DNA of 64,000 nucleotides from a virus. Lineage: Duplodnaviria; Caudoviricetes. The stretch covers positions 59,872 to 123,871 of IMG/VR virus record IMGVR_UViG_3300031998_000024, one strand, 5' to 3'. Positions 46,522-57,600 of this stretch are shown here, piece by piece. Every line of letters begins with the position of its first letter. Within the stretch, counting starts at the first letter, position 1. A program made the translations under genes and the position numbers. The notes below the pieces were generated by a model. The model did not search any database. It was not told where the DNA came from and was given only the letters and a program-made list of their open reading frames with translations.

Positions 46522-47274
46522 ATGGAAAACGAAGTTATGAATCAAAACATCGTCAGACTTAATGAAATGAAGTCTGTTAAGATGGTAAGTGTTACATCGA
46601 AGAAAAGACCTATTGCGAAATTCATGAAGGAGGTCGCGGTTTACCTGACGGAAAATTATGACAATCTTGATGAGTTAGAAAAGTGTTACAAGACTATGCT
46701 GGATGATATGCCCGATGAGTCTTGCTCTGAGGTGATGAAGATTTACGAAGTACGGCTGAAGGAATTGCGCAAAAAGCGTAAAGAAGAACAAGAGCGTGAA
46801 GAGGATTTGAGTCATAAGCGTGGTCGCAAGGCTTTTCGTAAAGTAGGTGACCATCATCCTAATCATCCCGAATGGATTTGGACAGAGTATAAGCCTGGAA
46901 AGTTTGACTGGCGTAACGATAGCACTGTTGCTAAGGATGCGAAGGCCACGGAGCCTGATAAGGGGTCAACTAAGAGTGAAAAGGCAGTTAGCAAGCAGAA
47001 AACCAATGTTAGCAAAAAGGAAAACGAGCCTAAGAAACTGACTATGGATGAACTGCTTCAGTTACCCACGCCAAAAGATTTGAATAAGTTGCAGAAGAAT
47101 GTTTTGAAACTTTTCAAGCGTGGTGTAAGAGTTGTTAAAAAGGAAACGACTTACTGGTTGGTGAATCCCGATGGTACGAATAAGGATTGCGTGGATAAGG
47201 GTACGCTGGAAGCCTTGCAGCGCAAGTACAACATAGATTATGTGCCTCAGGGGTTTTGGTATATCGGTAAATAA
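46522..47274 (+). CDS. hypothetical protein with internal WTEYKPGKFDW module
   Basis: RKAFRKVGDHHPNHPEWIWTEYKPGKFDWR. Confidence 0.7.
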   Translation: MENEVMNQNIVRLNEMKSVKMVSVTSKKRPIAKFMKEVAVYLTENYDNLDELEKCYKTMLDDMPDESCSEVMKIYEVRLKELRKKRKEEQEREEDLSHKRGRKAFRKVGDHHPNHPEWIWTEYKPGKFDWRNDSTVAKDAKATEPDKGSTKSEKAVSKQKTNVSKKENEPKKLTMDELLQLPTPKDLNKLQKNVLKLFKRGVRVVKKETTYWLVNPDGTNKDCVDKGTLEALQRKYNIDYVPQGFWYIGK

Positions 47275-47323
47275 GGCGGCATAGTTTATAATATTGTCTT
47301 TGGACAGAATTTCACTCGTTGTT

Positions 47324-47361
47324 GGAAGGGTGGGCGCGAAAACGCTCACCTTCCTGTTTTT
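47324..47361 (+). terminator. intrinsic terminator
   Basis: GGAAGGGTGGGCG/CGCTCACCTTCC stem + T run. Confidence 0.75.
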
Positions 47362-47376
47362 AGGCGAAATTTTGAT

Positions 47377-47456
47377 AAAAATAAAAAAATTTCGTCAAAA
47401 ACCAAAAATTTTTTGGAAAAATATTTTGCCGTATTATTTTTTTTCGTAATTTCGCG
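47377..47456 (+). promoter_or_regulatory. repeated host-type promoter cassette, copy 2
   Basis: Identical to 19189-19268. Confidence 0.8.
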
Positions 47457-47505
47457 TCATAAAACTTTTATCAACATAGTTATAAACATTAAAAACGAGT
47501 GAATT

Positions 47506-48135
47506 ATGAAAGCGCAAAGAACACTAATCGAAAAGCACTACTGGAATGAAGAAGGTGCTTATTCAGAAGAAATTAGCCAAATGACCGCAGAACAAGTTCC
47601 TGCTATTGGTCGCGCAAAAAACCTTATGGGTGAAATTCTTAGAGCGTCAAACAGACTTTATTACGAGTATTGCAACAACGGCAATGGTAATGCTATTGTT
47701 GTAATTGACGCTGACCCTGAAGAAATCGCTTGCCCTTGCTGCAATGGTACTGGTTGTTGCCTTGTTCTTAATGAGGATGGTGAGGAAGAGGAAATTGATT
47801 GCGAATGCTGCGGCGGTTGCGGCTATGTTTACGAAGATAATGGTGGTGTTGAGTATCGCGTTAATGAGTATTGGTTAGGCTTTGTTAATCTGATTAAAGA
47901 AGCGTTCACCGATACGGATGACGACAAGAACACGCCAGAATTTATCAAAGAGGCTGGATTTGCTATGGATAGTCTGAAAGCGTTCTTAGAAGAATGCGCA
48001 CCTTCAGGCGACAAATGGTATTTCAACGATGATAATATGCACCGCTATGACCTTATGATGGATTTGGTCTATGAGTATGCTATGAATCATCAAAACGATA
48101 GCCGCGAAATTCCTGCTTGGTATGAAAACGAATAA
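47506..48135 (+). CDS. protein with DnaJ-type CxxCxGxG zinc finger
   Basis: CPCCNGTG...CECCGGCG. Confidence 0.7.
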   Translation: MKAQRTLIEKHYWNEEGAYSEEISQMTAEQVPAIGRAKNLMGEILRASNRLYYEYCNNGNGNAIVVIDADPEEIACPCCNGTGCCLVLNEDGEEEEIDCECCGGCGYVYEDNGGVEYRVNEYWLGFVNLIKEAFTDTDDDKNTPEFIKEAGFAMDSLKAFLEECAPSGDKWYFNDDNMHRYDLMMDLVYEYAMNHQNDSREIPAWYENE

Positions 48136-48161
48136 AGTTAATAATCAAAAATTCAACTAAT

Positions 48162-48353
48162 ATGAAAACGAAAGAAATTATTGAGCAAGCGCAGATTCAG
48201 GATGGGCTCACTGCGCGCAAGCAACCCACCTTATTCAAACTCATGATTGAAGAGTTGAGAAATACTTATGCTGAGTTTGGCGATGACTTAAATCAACTTG
48301 TTGACGAAAGTAAATTGACTGAGATTTGCTTAAAAGCGGATATGTCCTATTGA
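48162..48353 (+). CDS. hypothetical protein
   Basis: ORF. Confidence 0.55.
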   Translation: MKTKEIIEQAQIQDGLTARKQPTLFKLMIEELRNTYAEFGDDLNQLVDESKLTEICLKADMSY

Positions 48354-48482
48354 CCAAAGTTTTTAAGGATGAAAGTCTTTTTATTTTGTTATAATTACGA
48401 AACAGCCGTGAGATTCCAAATTGCGGCTGTTTCTCATTTGTTTAGCAAGGTTTTTAATTAAGAAATGTAAATCTATACTGAA

Positions 48483-48956
48483 ATGGGTAATATAAGCAAT
48501 CTCAAGCAGGATTTAGAGTTAATCGTGAGCGTTTGTTCGCTACAACAGAAACAATTCTATGAAAAGATGTTATCCGATTTGAAGGAATGTGAAGTTGTTT
48601 CGGTTTACGACTTATTTGATGCTGACCAAATAGATTTGATGAAAAGTTTAGTGATAACTAAGGAATGCTACAGAAACGCTTATTTAATATCAATGTGTTT
48701 TCCGAATGTTAGTTATGTTGAAGGGAGGGTGCTTTGCGTTATTCCGATAGACCACGCATTTAATTGTATTGACGGAAAATTCTTTGATGCTACATTAGAG
48801 TTAGTGGTTGGTGATGATGTAACTAAGATGGAGTATGCTTATTTAGCAAAGTACGATTTAGGGGATATTGAACCAATAGTGCTTGAGCGGGGTTATTATG
48901 GTGAGATTTACAAAGATTCTATAATCAAGGAAATTAAATCAAAAGAACAAAAATAA
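48483..48956 (+). CDS. hypothetical protein, possible transglutaminase/papain-like fold
   Basis: ECYRNA..YVEG..HAFN..FDAT (C-H-D triad-like). Confidence 0.5.
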   Translation: MGNISNLKQDLELIVSVCSLQQKQFYEKMLSDLKECEVVSVYDLFDADQIDLMKSLVITKECYRNAYLISMCFPNVSYVEGRVLCVIPIDHAFNCIDGKFFDATLELVVGDDVTKMEYAYLAKYDLGDIEPIVLERGYYGEIYKDSIIKEIKSKEQK

Positions 48957-48964
48957 TTACGACT

Positions 48965-49519
48965 ATGGACAAACAATTACAAAAAGACATCCGCTATTTG
49001 CGTATGGCTACAATCTGGGCTGGTAATTCGTATGCTATCCGACTTAATGTTGGTTGCTTAATCGTAAAGGATGAAAGCATAATCAGCGATGGTTATAATG
49101 GTACTCCAAGAGGTTTTGAAAATGTTTGCGAAGAGTATGTTGGCGATGATTCCGATAGGTCTAAATTTATCCAGCAGGAATTAGAGGCAATAAACAACGA
49201 TGAAGAAAAGAGGGATTATTTGCGTAAACTTTATATCAATAAACATACCTTAGTTAGCAAGCCGTATGTATTACACGCAGAGGCTAATGCAATAACTAAG
49301 TTAGCACGCTCAACTCAGAGTTGTGACGGCGCAACGCTTTATTGTACCGATATGCCTTGTATGGAATGTAGTAAGTTAATTATTCAATCAGGTATTTGCC
49401 GTGTTGTTTATGAAAGACCATATAGAATTACGGATGGCGTTGATTTGTTGAAGCGTGCCGGCATAGAGGTTGTAAATATACCTACAGAAACAGTTTATAG
49501 TAGGGAATTTCGTGTATAA
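48965..49519 (+). CDS. dCMP deaminase
   Basis: GYNGTPRG, LHAEANAI, PCMEC. Confidence 0.95.
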   Translation: MDKQLQKDIRYLRMATIWAGNSYAIRLNVGCLIVKDESIISDGYNGTPRGFENVCEEYVGDDSDRSKFIQQELEAINNDEEKRDYLRKLYINKHTLVSKPYVLHAEANAITKLARSTQSCDGATLYCTDMPCMECSKLIIQSGICRVVYERPYRITDGVDLLKRAGIEVVNIPTETVYSREFRV

Positions 49520-49545
49520 TTGGGCAAAAATTAAAAATTTTTGGT

Positions 49546-49613
49546 AAAAATCGAAAAATTTTTGGAAAAATATTTTGCCGTATCAAAATAATTCGTAATT
49601 TCGCGGTGTAAAT
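49546..49613 (+). promoter_or_regulatory. repeated host-type promoter cassette, copy 3
   Basis: TTTTGGAAAAATATTTTGCCGTAT..TTCGTAATTTCGCGGTGTAAAT. Confidence 0.75.
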
Positions 49614-49640
49614 GAATGTATAACCCTTAAATTTTAAGTC

Positions 49641-49886
49641 ATGGAAGCAAAAGAAAATGTAATGAAAGTCAGTTTCACCGACAGAGTAATTAGAGTGATT
49701 TCAAAGTTCGTCAAAATCCTCAACGGACAATTCGGCAGAAAAACTTTGAAAAATCCGTACCGCGCAATTTGGAAGGTATTTGCCTGGGGCTTGTTTGCCT
49801 TCATCGTGTTACGCTGTATCTTAGTTCCAGCAATGGAATGGTGGGATGGAGTGGTTGAAAATCTCAACTATCTAATTTGGGGATAA
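49641..49886 (+). CDS. small membrane protein
   Basis: One TM helix. Confidence 0.6.
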   Translation: MEAKENVMKVSFTDRVIRVISKFVKILNGQFGRKTLKNPYRAIWKVFAWGLFAFIVLRCILVPAMEWWDGVVENLNYLIWG

Positions 49887-50257
49887 CTAAAATCTGTTTT
49901 TCATAATCGTGTGGGCGATAGGCTTAGGCTTGTCGCCTTTTTCTTTGCTTACCAATCATATGAATGATTTATTATTTGAGGTGGTAAATTATACAGATTG
50001 GATTTTACCACTGGCTATATGGGTATGGAATATGTTTGTTTTGAAAAGAGGGGGGGGATTATAGGGGGGTGAAATCCAAATGAATTTGGCTTCCACCTGA
50101 GTGTGAAGATAAACTTCACATACATCTGTACATGTATATATACGCGAAGGCAATCAGCAAAAAATATAAAGGGAGGCTTTGCTATAAGCGCGTATGCGTA
50201 GCGCGAAAGAAAAAAACAGCGGCAGAGTTATTTCATTTGATTAAAAAGACTTTTGAT

Positions 50258-50635
50258 ATGCAAAAAGATTTGAATTATGACTATTTGACTGGTCAAGAAT
50301 GTTTACATGAAACTATCCAGTTTGATGAATCAACGAGAGATTATTACAAGTTTGTAGCCGACTGTTTAGGCTGCGGAATAGATGAACTTGGTTTAGTGCA
50401 GGTGCATTGCGATTTCGCTGATACGGATGAAGAGGGTTGGGAAATAGATAGTTTCTTTCCAGCTGGATGTGATAAACAAGTAAGGGTTTTGTGTGCGAAT
50501 TTTGAAACACCTTCGTTCAATATCGGTGAAGTTTTAGAAATCATCTATAACGGAGAAAAATTCATAGCAGACCATAATGCCAGCCCATTCGGGGTTTGGG
50601 CTAAAATCGAAGACAATGATGAAATTTCTCACTAA
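50258..50635 (+). CDS. hypothetical protein
   Basis: Probable start ATG50258 (MQKDL). Confidence 0.6.
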   Translation: MQKDLNYDYLTGQECLHETIQFDESTRDYYKFVADCLGCGIDELGLVQVHCDFADTDEEGWEIDSFFPAGCDKQVRVLCANFETPSFNIGEVLEIIYNGEKFIADHNASPFGVWAKIEDNDEISH

Positions 50636-51191
50636 GTTAGCGCAAAGAATCCTCAAGGATGAGATTGCTAATTATGAATCTCAAATAACCGACTTGACCA
50701 AAGATAGGGATGGTTATTTAGATTCTTATGTTAAGGCAAACGGAACAATTGCGGAGTTAAAGAATGAGTTGAATAAAAAGGGTAACTGCATGTTACCAGT
50801 TTCACTTGTCGCTGAGGTTGTTAAATTTTTGCCTGACGCTAATTTCCTTGCTATTCATATTCCTAACAGCGGTGACGAATACATTATGAATTCAGGCAGC
50901 TGTTCCTTTGGTCGTTATGATTGGAAGTTTGAAATTAAGATTGATAAGGTTGTTAGGATTTCGGACAAAAAGATTGAATTGATAGTTAATCTTACCAATA
51001 CCAGGGGTGTTAAGACCGAAATTCATATACCAGCAACATTAGTTACATATCATAATATCGCTTCAGACATAAAGGGATATGTTTGGAATATGTATGGTAG
51101 TGGTATTGATATGATTACCGATGATGTTTATAGGGTTGTAGATGACGCGGTTGATGTTTGGGCTAATTGTCTAAGGGATTTGTTCTGCTAA
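50616..51191 (+). CDS. hypothetical protein
   Basis: ORF from MMKFL. Confidence 0.6.
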   Translation: MMKFLTKLAQRILKDEIANYESQITDLTKDRDGYLDSYVKANGTIAELKNELNKKGNCMLPVSLVAEVVKFLPDANFLAIHIPNSGDEYIMNSGSCSFGRYDWKFEIKIDKVVRISDKKIELIVNLTNTRGVKTEIHIPATLVTYHNIASDIKGYVWNMYGSGIDMITDDVYRVVDDAVDVWANCLRDLFC

Positions 51192-51193
51192 TT

Positions 51194-51505
51194 ATGGGTA
51201 AGGGTAATCAAAACGATAATGGTGAAGAAACCAAGGTTGTTCGTAAAATGGTACTGCTGGACGACTTTGGCGCTGTAATTCCTATGTATAGTATCACCAA
51301 AATCGAAAAGAAAACGAGATTTATTGAAACTCCAAGACCGCGTTGGCAATTCGGCATAGTTATTAATGGCGGGATGGAACAAAGTACCTTCCACCCAGTT
51401 ACCGATATAAGTGCTTGGTATGAGCGTGAGGATACAAGAAATAAAAAGTTTGAATATCTTTGCGAAATCCTTTATGAATGGGGAATTGAAATTGAAGTAA
51501 TCTAA
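51194..51505 (+). CDS. hypothetical protein
   Basis: ORF from MGKGN. Confidence 0.6.
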   Translation: MGKGNQNDNGEETKVVRKMVLLDDFGAVIPMYSITKIEKKTRFIETPRPRWQFGIVINGGMEQSTFHPVTDISAWYEREDTRNKKFEYLCEILYEWGIEIEVI

Positions 51506-51569
51506 ACAGAGTTTTACATAAAAACACACTTAATCAACAAATTTATTAACAAACAAATTGTAAATCATC

Positions 51570-51881
51570 ATGAAGAAATGGGATTTCATTAAGTTGGTTG
51601 CCAACAAGGTTGGTCTTTCCCAACAGCAGGTCAATGAAGTTATTGACGAAATGGGTAATGTGATTGTGGAACAGTGCCGCGATAACGGAGAAACGATTTC
51701 ACTGCCTACCCTGGGTACATTCAAGCAGAAAGTCAACGCTGCTCGCAAAGGTCGTAATCCGCTCACTGGCGAAACGATTGATGTGAAGGGTAGCAAGACT
51801 ATCATTTTCCGTCCAATGCCTTCTGTTAAGGTCGTTGATGAGCCTGAAAAGAAAACCGCTAAGAAGGCTGCTAAGAAGTAA
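51570..51881 (+). CDS. hup: HU histone-like DNA-binding protein
   Basis: LGTFK..ARKGRNPLTGETI..FRP; Lys/Ala tail. Confidence 0.92.
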   Translation: MKKWDFIKLVANKVGLSQQQVNEVIDEMGNVIVEQCRDNGETISLPTLGTFKQKVNAARKGRNPLTGETIDVKGSKTIIFRPMPSVKVVDEPEKKTAKKAAKK

Positions 51882-51913
51882 ATTCGTATTAATGTTATCA
51901 TGTTCAAAAGGCG

Positions 51914-52297
51914 ATGGATTCCTTGCGGATGAAGTCGCCTTTTGTTTTACCAGAGTTAATTATAAAAAGATTTGTTGATATGGAAGCAGTAAAAGATTAT
52001 AATTCCCTGCCTAAGTTCTTGCGGGTAAACGCTAATCAGACTGGAGCAAACCATAATAAGTTCTTGCTAAGACCTTATTTGGAAGGTGAGATTGTTAGGG
52101 TACAGCCAGCTGAGTTACAAAAGCCTAATCGTCAGTATGACCATTTGTACGAGCATGTTAAGCCTATAACAGATGATTTTTTCCGTGCTCGTTTCTGCGC
52201 TATCTTGCGTAAGGATGATAATGGTAAGTTTTCAATCCCTTATACGATACAATGGCGCAGTTTAGATTTGATGAAAAAAGTTTCGGGAGGTAATTGA
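51914..52297 (+). CDS. hypothetical protein
   Basis: ORF. Confidence 0.6.
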   Translation: MDSLRMKSPFVLPELIIKRFVDMEAVKDYNSLPKFLRVNANQTGANHNKFLLRPYLEGEIVRVQPAELQKPNRQYDHLYEHVKPITDDFFRARFCAILRKDDNGKFSIPYTIQWRSLDLMKKVSGGN

Positions 52298-52298
52298 T

Positions 52299-52958
52299 AT
52301 GTTGCGTTCTTACTATTGCGTTCATGATGTTGAAACTGGCGGATTGGATTGTAATAAAAATCCGATAACTCAATATGCTTGCGTTATTCTTGACCCATTT
52401 ACTTTGAAGGAGGTAGATAGGTATGAAACATTTGTAAAGCCTTATGATGATTTGACGATAGAAAAGCAGGCAATAGAACACACGATGGTCACTATGTCCG
52501 ATGTAAACAACGGCGTATCTTGTAAAAAGTTGTATTCTACTTTGAAAACGCTTTGGTCAAAATATCAAGCAAATGGTAAATTTAAGGATTCCAACCGCAT
52601 TGTTTCTGTGGGTCATAATATTCCGTTTGACCACGGATTTCTTCAGTATGTATTTAATCGGTTTGATGATTCTATTTGGAATTATTTATTGCCGAATTTC
52701 TTAGATACATTTGCGATTGGTAAACTTGCATTTGCGATAAATGGTGATGAAAAGTTGAATTTGACCGCTTGTACTGAAAGGGCTAAAATTAGGTTGAACG
52801 ATGCTCACGGAGCAATGAACGATGTAGAGGCTACAGCCGATTTGTTGCGGTGGTATATGAGGAAAATTCGTAATAATAAGGGTGATGTAGTTGCTACTAA
52901 TGAAGTGAAGCGTGAGAGGGGTCAGAAGTTTTTTGAATTTGCGTGTGGTGCTAAATAG
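52299..52958 (+). CDS. DEDDh 3'-5' exonuclease (DnaQ/epsilon-like)
   Basis: HDVETGG, GHNIPFD, LDT, AHGAMNDV. Confidence 0.9.
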   Translation: MLRSYYCVHDVETGGLDCNKNPITQYACVILDPFTLKEVDRYETFVKPYDDLTIEKQAIEHTMVTMSDVNNGVSCKKLYSTLKTLWSKYQANGKFKDSNRIVSVGHNIPFDHGFLQYVFNRFDDSIWNYLLPNFLDTFAIGKLAFAINGDEKLNLTACTERAKIRLNDAHGAMNDVEATADLLRWYMRKIRNNKGDVVATNEVKRERGQKFFEFACGAK

Positions 52959-53003
52959 TTAGCAAAGTTATCAAACATAGAAATCGAACAAAATCTAAAT
53001 AAA

Positions 53004-53717
53004 ATGAACACGAAAAGTCAAATAGTTACAAAAGAGGACACCATCACCGCTATTGAGTTGGTTGTCCGTGAGTTCGTAAATCCCGATGTTATTGGGAAAT
53101 GGTTTACTGCAAAAGAGCGTTCATTGGGCAATATTATGTCTAATATCGGCTTGAATCATTGCTATTCGTCATTTATCTATGAACAGTTGAAGCAGATAGG
53201 CTTGATTGAAAAAGTAGGTATAAATGCTCAATTAAGATATAGGATTTTGACGGATGTTATTCCTGATGTTCACGCTGTTGCAGAGAAAATATATCAAGCG
53301 CGTATAGACGCTGGCAAGGATTACAAATCAAAGCGCAAAAGCGTTACCGATACACAACCAGGCGATTTGACTCCACCTAAGCCGAAGTATTATCCTGACC
53401 AGGGTGATGATTACAAGAAGGAATGTCGTAAGACAAAGAGGGTTATTCATCGTGAGCAGCGTATTCCACATTTAGGCGATGTTGTATATGCCTTAGTTAA
53501 TGGTATGATTACGCAAGTAAAGATTACCTGTGTACGCATGACGGATGATAACAAGATTTTTGTTAATTTCACTTCAGCGATATTAGAGAAGGATGAAGCA
53601 ACTCAGATTTCCAACCCGATTAAAAAAGAGGATTGGTGTTTGCGCAATATTTCGTTTACGGTTGATGAGTTGTTAAGTAAGTTGCAAAAGAATGTTGTTA
53701 AATTTGAAAAGAAATAA
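53004..53717 (+). CDS. hypothetical protein
   Basis: ORF. Confidence 0.7.
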   Translation: MNTKSQIVTKEDTITAIELVVREFVNPDVIGKWFTAKERSLGNIMSNIGLNHCYSSFIYEQLKQIGLIEKVGINAQLRYRILTDVIPDVHAVAEKIYQARIDAGKDYKSKRKSVTDTQPGDLTPPKPKYYPDQGDDYKKECRKTKRVIHREQRIPHLGDVVYALVNGMITQVKITCVRMTDDNKIFVNFTSAILEKDEATQISNPIKKEDWCLRNISFTVDELLSKLQKNVVKFEKK

Positions 53718-53839
53718 GGCTATGATGGATGACGAATATAAGAAATCATTTGCAGGTTGTTTAGGTACTGCTATTGCAATTTGCTTATTCTTTGTGGTAT
53801 TAGGAGTTGTTTTGTATTTTGTTAAAAAATAATTGTAAT

Positions 53840-54562
53840 ATGGCTACAGAAAAATCTAAGACTGAAAATGTTGAAACAGCAAAGAAGCCTGCTGCTAAAA
53901 AGTCAACAATCAAAAAGTCAACAGTAAAAACCGCTGCAACAAAGACTAAAAAAGAGGCGGTTGAACCTAAGCAACTAACACCTGAAGAGAGTGTTATTAT
54001 TGTTGCTTGTATGAATACCGACTTTTTGGAAAAACTTGATAAGTTAGCAAAAAGCGAAGGTTTGAAAATCGTTCTTACTAATGAACAAGTGATTACCGAC
54101 TATGTTGCTTCTCAAGCGGAAGAAATTGATGAGGCTGCTCGCATGACCGCTTTTTTGAAGGATGATAAGAATAGGCGCATTGCTCAGGAGCACGCCAAAG
54201 AAATTTATCGTATTATTAGCAACGACAAGCCGCTTGAGAAATCAAAGGATATGGAATTCAAGATTAAGGATATTGTTAAGAATACAACCTTGTCTTGGAG
54301 TAAGGCTAATGAAATGCTCAATACCTTAGAAGCGTTTGGTTTCATACATCGTAAGGGTAAGGATGGTTTGATTTTCGACTTTGATTTGAAGACTATTCGT
54401 GAGCATATTTACTCTCAGGTTACATTTAGCGTTGAAAGTTTGAATTATGACATTCAGCGTTACATGGGTGCTGTTGCCGAAAGTTCTGATATTAGCGATG
54501 AGGACAAGGAGGCATTTATAAGTAAATTCAAGGATGAAGTGGTTAAAAATATCGTGTTTTAG
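53840..54562 (+). CDS. hypothetical protein, possible winged-helix domain
   Basis: Lys/Thr-rich N-terminus; KIKDIVKNTTLSWSKANEMLNTLEAFGFI. Confidence 0.6.
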   Translation: MATEKSKTENVETAKKPAAKKSTIKKSTVKTAATKTKKEAVEPKQLTPEESVIIVACMNTDFLEKLDKLAKSEGLKIVLTNEQVITDYVASQAEEIDEAARMTAFLKDDKNRRIAQEHAKEIYRIISNDKPLEKSKDMEFKIKDIVKNTTLSWSKANEMLNTLEAFGFIHRKGKDGLIFDFDLKTIREHIYSQVTFSVESLNYDIQRYMGAVAESSDISDEDKEAFISKFKDEVVKNIVF

Positions 54563-54591
54563 TTTACAAAGTTCGATTTCTAACACACGCA

Positions 54592-54623
54592 GCCACAACG
54601 CTGAAAAGCGATTGTGGCATTTT
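54592..54623 (+). terminator. terminator-like hairpin with GCTGAAAAGC loop
   Basis: GCCACAA-CGCTGAAAAGCG-ATTGTGGC + T-rich tail. Confidence 0.6.
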
Positions 54624-54647
54624 CAGTTTTTATAAAAATCAATCTAA

Positions 54648-57600
54648 ATGCTTGGTGAATTAGAAACATACAAAAGAAGTCCGTTACACAAAGCAGAGTG
54701 TCTAAGAATTGTTGATGAGATTATAGACGGATTGGATGAGCGTGGTATCAACGAGATAATGGAAGGTACTGAGCTGGATATTGATAGAATGATTGATATA
54801 ATGCTTGAGGAAACCTTCTGTGTTATCTTTACTGGTCAGCGTGAAATAGACTTTGCTCCACACTATACAGAGCGTTTATCAGAGAGTATAGAAGAAACGC
54901 TAAGGGTAAATAATTTGACTTATTTCATTACAAGTGTTTTACCCGATTTTCAGTTTGGTTGGCATCATATTGAGTGGGGTGACTTAGTGATGCACTATAA
55001 GAAGTTGTGTGTTGAGGCTGCTCGTGGTCACGGAAAATCTTGGTATTTTAGCAACGCTTATATCATTTGGCAGTTGTATAGATATAAGAGGTCAAAGACG
55101 ATGCAATTCAGCATGAGACCAACGCGAAGCAATAGCAATCGTGGTTTTTTGTTTTCGTTTTCACTGCAACAAAGTGTTGACCTTATAGAGATTTTGAAGG
55201 GTACGATTGAAAGCAACGATACATTAGCAGAAAGACTAATGCCTCAAAATACCAAAGAGGGTGCTTGGGCGTCAACTAATATAACTTGTAGAAATGGAGC
55301 GCGTTTGACTGGTAAGGGTTTTGGTTCGTCTGTTCGTGGTGCTCACCCTTATTTTATTGTTGTTGATGACGGGTTAAAAGATAATGTAATTTATTCAAGC
55401 CTACAAAGACAAAAGAGCATTGATTATTTTCATTCGGTAATCATGAATATGATTATTCCTGGCGGGCAAACAATCGTTGTCGGTTGCGTTTCACCTTACA
55501 CTATTGTATTATCTGATAAAAGAGGTTTTATCAGAATGAGAAGTGTTAAGTATAATTACATAGAGGATAAGAAAAAAGTTGTAAAACACGTTGAAAAGTT
55601 TTTAGATAAGAATGGATTTTCTCAAACGTCGCATTATTTTTATAATGGCGTAGGAGACATGCTCAGAATCACTTTACAAGGCGGTTTTGAGTTAGAGTGC
55701 AGTAAAATACATCCGTTATGGAAGATGTTTGAAAACGGAATACCAGGCTGGCAAAAATCAGCTGAGTTGAAGATTGGTGATTATATCGCTATAAAACCAA
55801 CTGAAATTGAATCATTTGGAATGCCTGTTGAGCTAAAATCTTTTATAAGTTCTTATAAAAGGAAAAAGAATCGAAATTATAATGAGCAGAATTTGAAATT
55901 ACCATTATATTTAGATGAAGATTTGGCGTATTTTATTGGACTTTGGATTGCAGAAGGTACAATTTACAAAAATGGAAGTGGAATTGAAATGTCCACTGGC
56001 GATTCTGAGATTGAAGATTTTTTGAAATCTTTGATAAAATATAATATTAATTTTAGAGGAAATGGAAGATTTGATAAAAGTTATGCTTATTCGTGTACGA
56101 ATAAGAGATTACATGCGTTTTTCATTTGGTTGGGTTTTGATTGCCCTTGTTATTGTAATATAAAGAATATTCCCGATAAATTATTATCAGCGCCAAAGAA
56201 TATTTTAAAACAAATAATTTCAGGAATATTTGATGGCGATGGACATGTAGATGAAAGTGATGGTAAAATAGGAGTTGTATTATCATCTACATCCCTTGGT
56301 TTAATTAAAACAGTGCAAAATGTTTTATTAATGGGATGGGGGATAATTTCAACTTATAGTTATGTAAAAGCGGAAAGTATTAATGCAAGCGGAAAGAATA
56401 ACACTCACGTTAATTATGACCAATACAGTTTGGTTATAATAGGTCATAATGCGATTAAATTCGGTAAGGAAATCGGATTTAAATTAAGTAGAAAGCAATT
56501 GCGCATTGAAAAGCATTTCAGCGACAAATTTAATCTTAACAATTCTAATTTTTATAATATTCCTCATCAAGCTGGTCTGTATAAAAATGCTGAAAATAAA
56601 CGTTTAGCAAATAAAATAACGTATAGAGATAAAGAGGGGTATGGGAATTTTATAGATTCTGCTTATTCTATTAAAAAAGCTAAAACTATAAATAAATTCG
56701 TATTGAAAAAGGTTTGCGAATTTATGAAAAAGATAACAAATAGCAATGATTATGACCAATTGCTTAAAAATTGTGAAGAAGATGTTATTTGGAGGAGAAT
56801 TGTTAAAATTGAAAAATTTCAAGGAAGTTCTTGCGATTTTGTAATTCCGTCAACGCATTCTTTTATAACCAACGGAATTGTTTCGCATAACACACCATTT
56901 CACGCTCAAGACCTTTATGGAGATTTGAAAACCAAGAAGGGGTGGTTTGTAATAGAATATCCTGCTATATTTCCTGATGGAAGGATTCTTTGGCCTCAAA
57001 GATTCTCATATCAAACGCTTATGGATATGCGTAACACGCAGGGAAATATCATATTTAGCCGTGAAAATCTTTGCCGCCCAATTGTGTCAGATGCTTCTAT
57101 ATTCTCCTTTGATATTTTACGCAACAGCCTTATACGCATGGAAATTTATTGCTTAGTGCGTAGTAGGGATGATTTTCCGAAAAAGTTTGATAAGGTTGTT
57201 GTTGGAGCCGACTTTGCTATATCATCTGCCGTTGGAGCCGACTATTATTGCTATACTGTGTTTGGCGTTGGAGAGGATGGCGGAATGTGGTTGCTTTGGA
57301 TAGAGATTGGTAAGGGGCGAAAGTATGATGAGCAGTTGCAGATTCTAAGAGGAATCAATGCGCGTTTTAGACCTGATGTAATGGTGTTTGAAGCGAATGT
57401 ATTCCAACAGATATTTTCAGATGGCGCGCAAGATTATGGAATGCCTGTTGTTTCGCATACAACGGGTACGGAGAAAAATGACTTATCAAAAGGTTGGGTT
57501 GCATTAGCAACGATGTTTGAAAGAGGAATGTTCCACATACCAGTTGGCGATGATTATAGTCAAAGAATAAAGGATATGATTTTTGACCAGTTAGGTTCAG

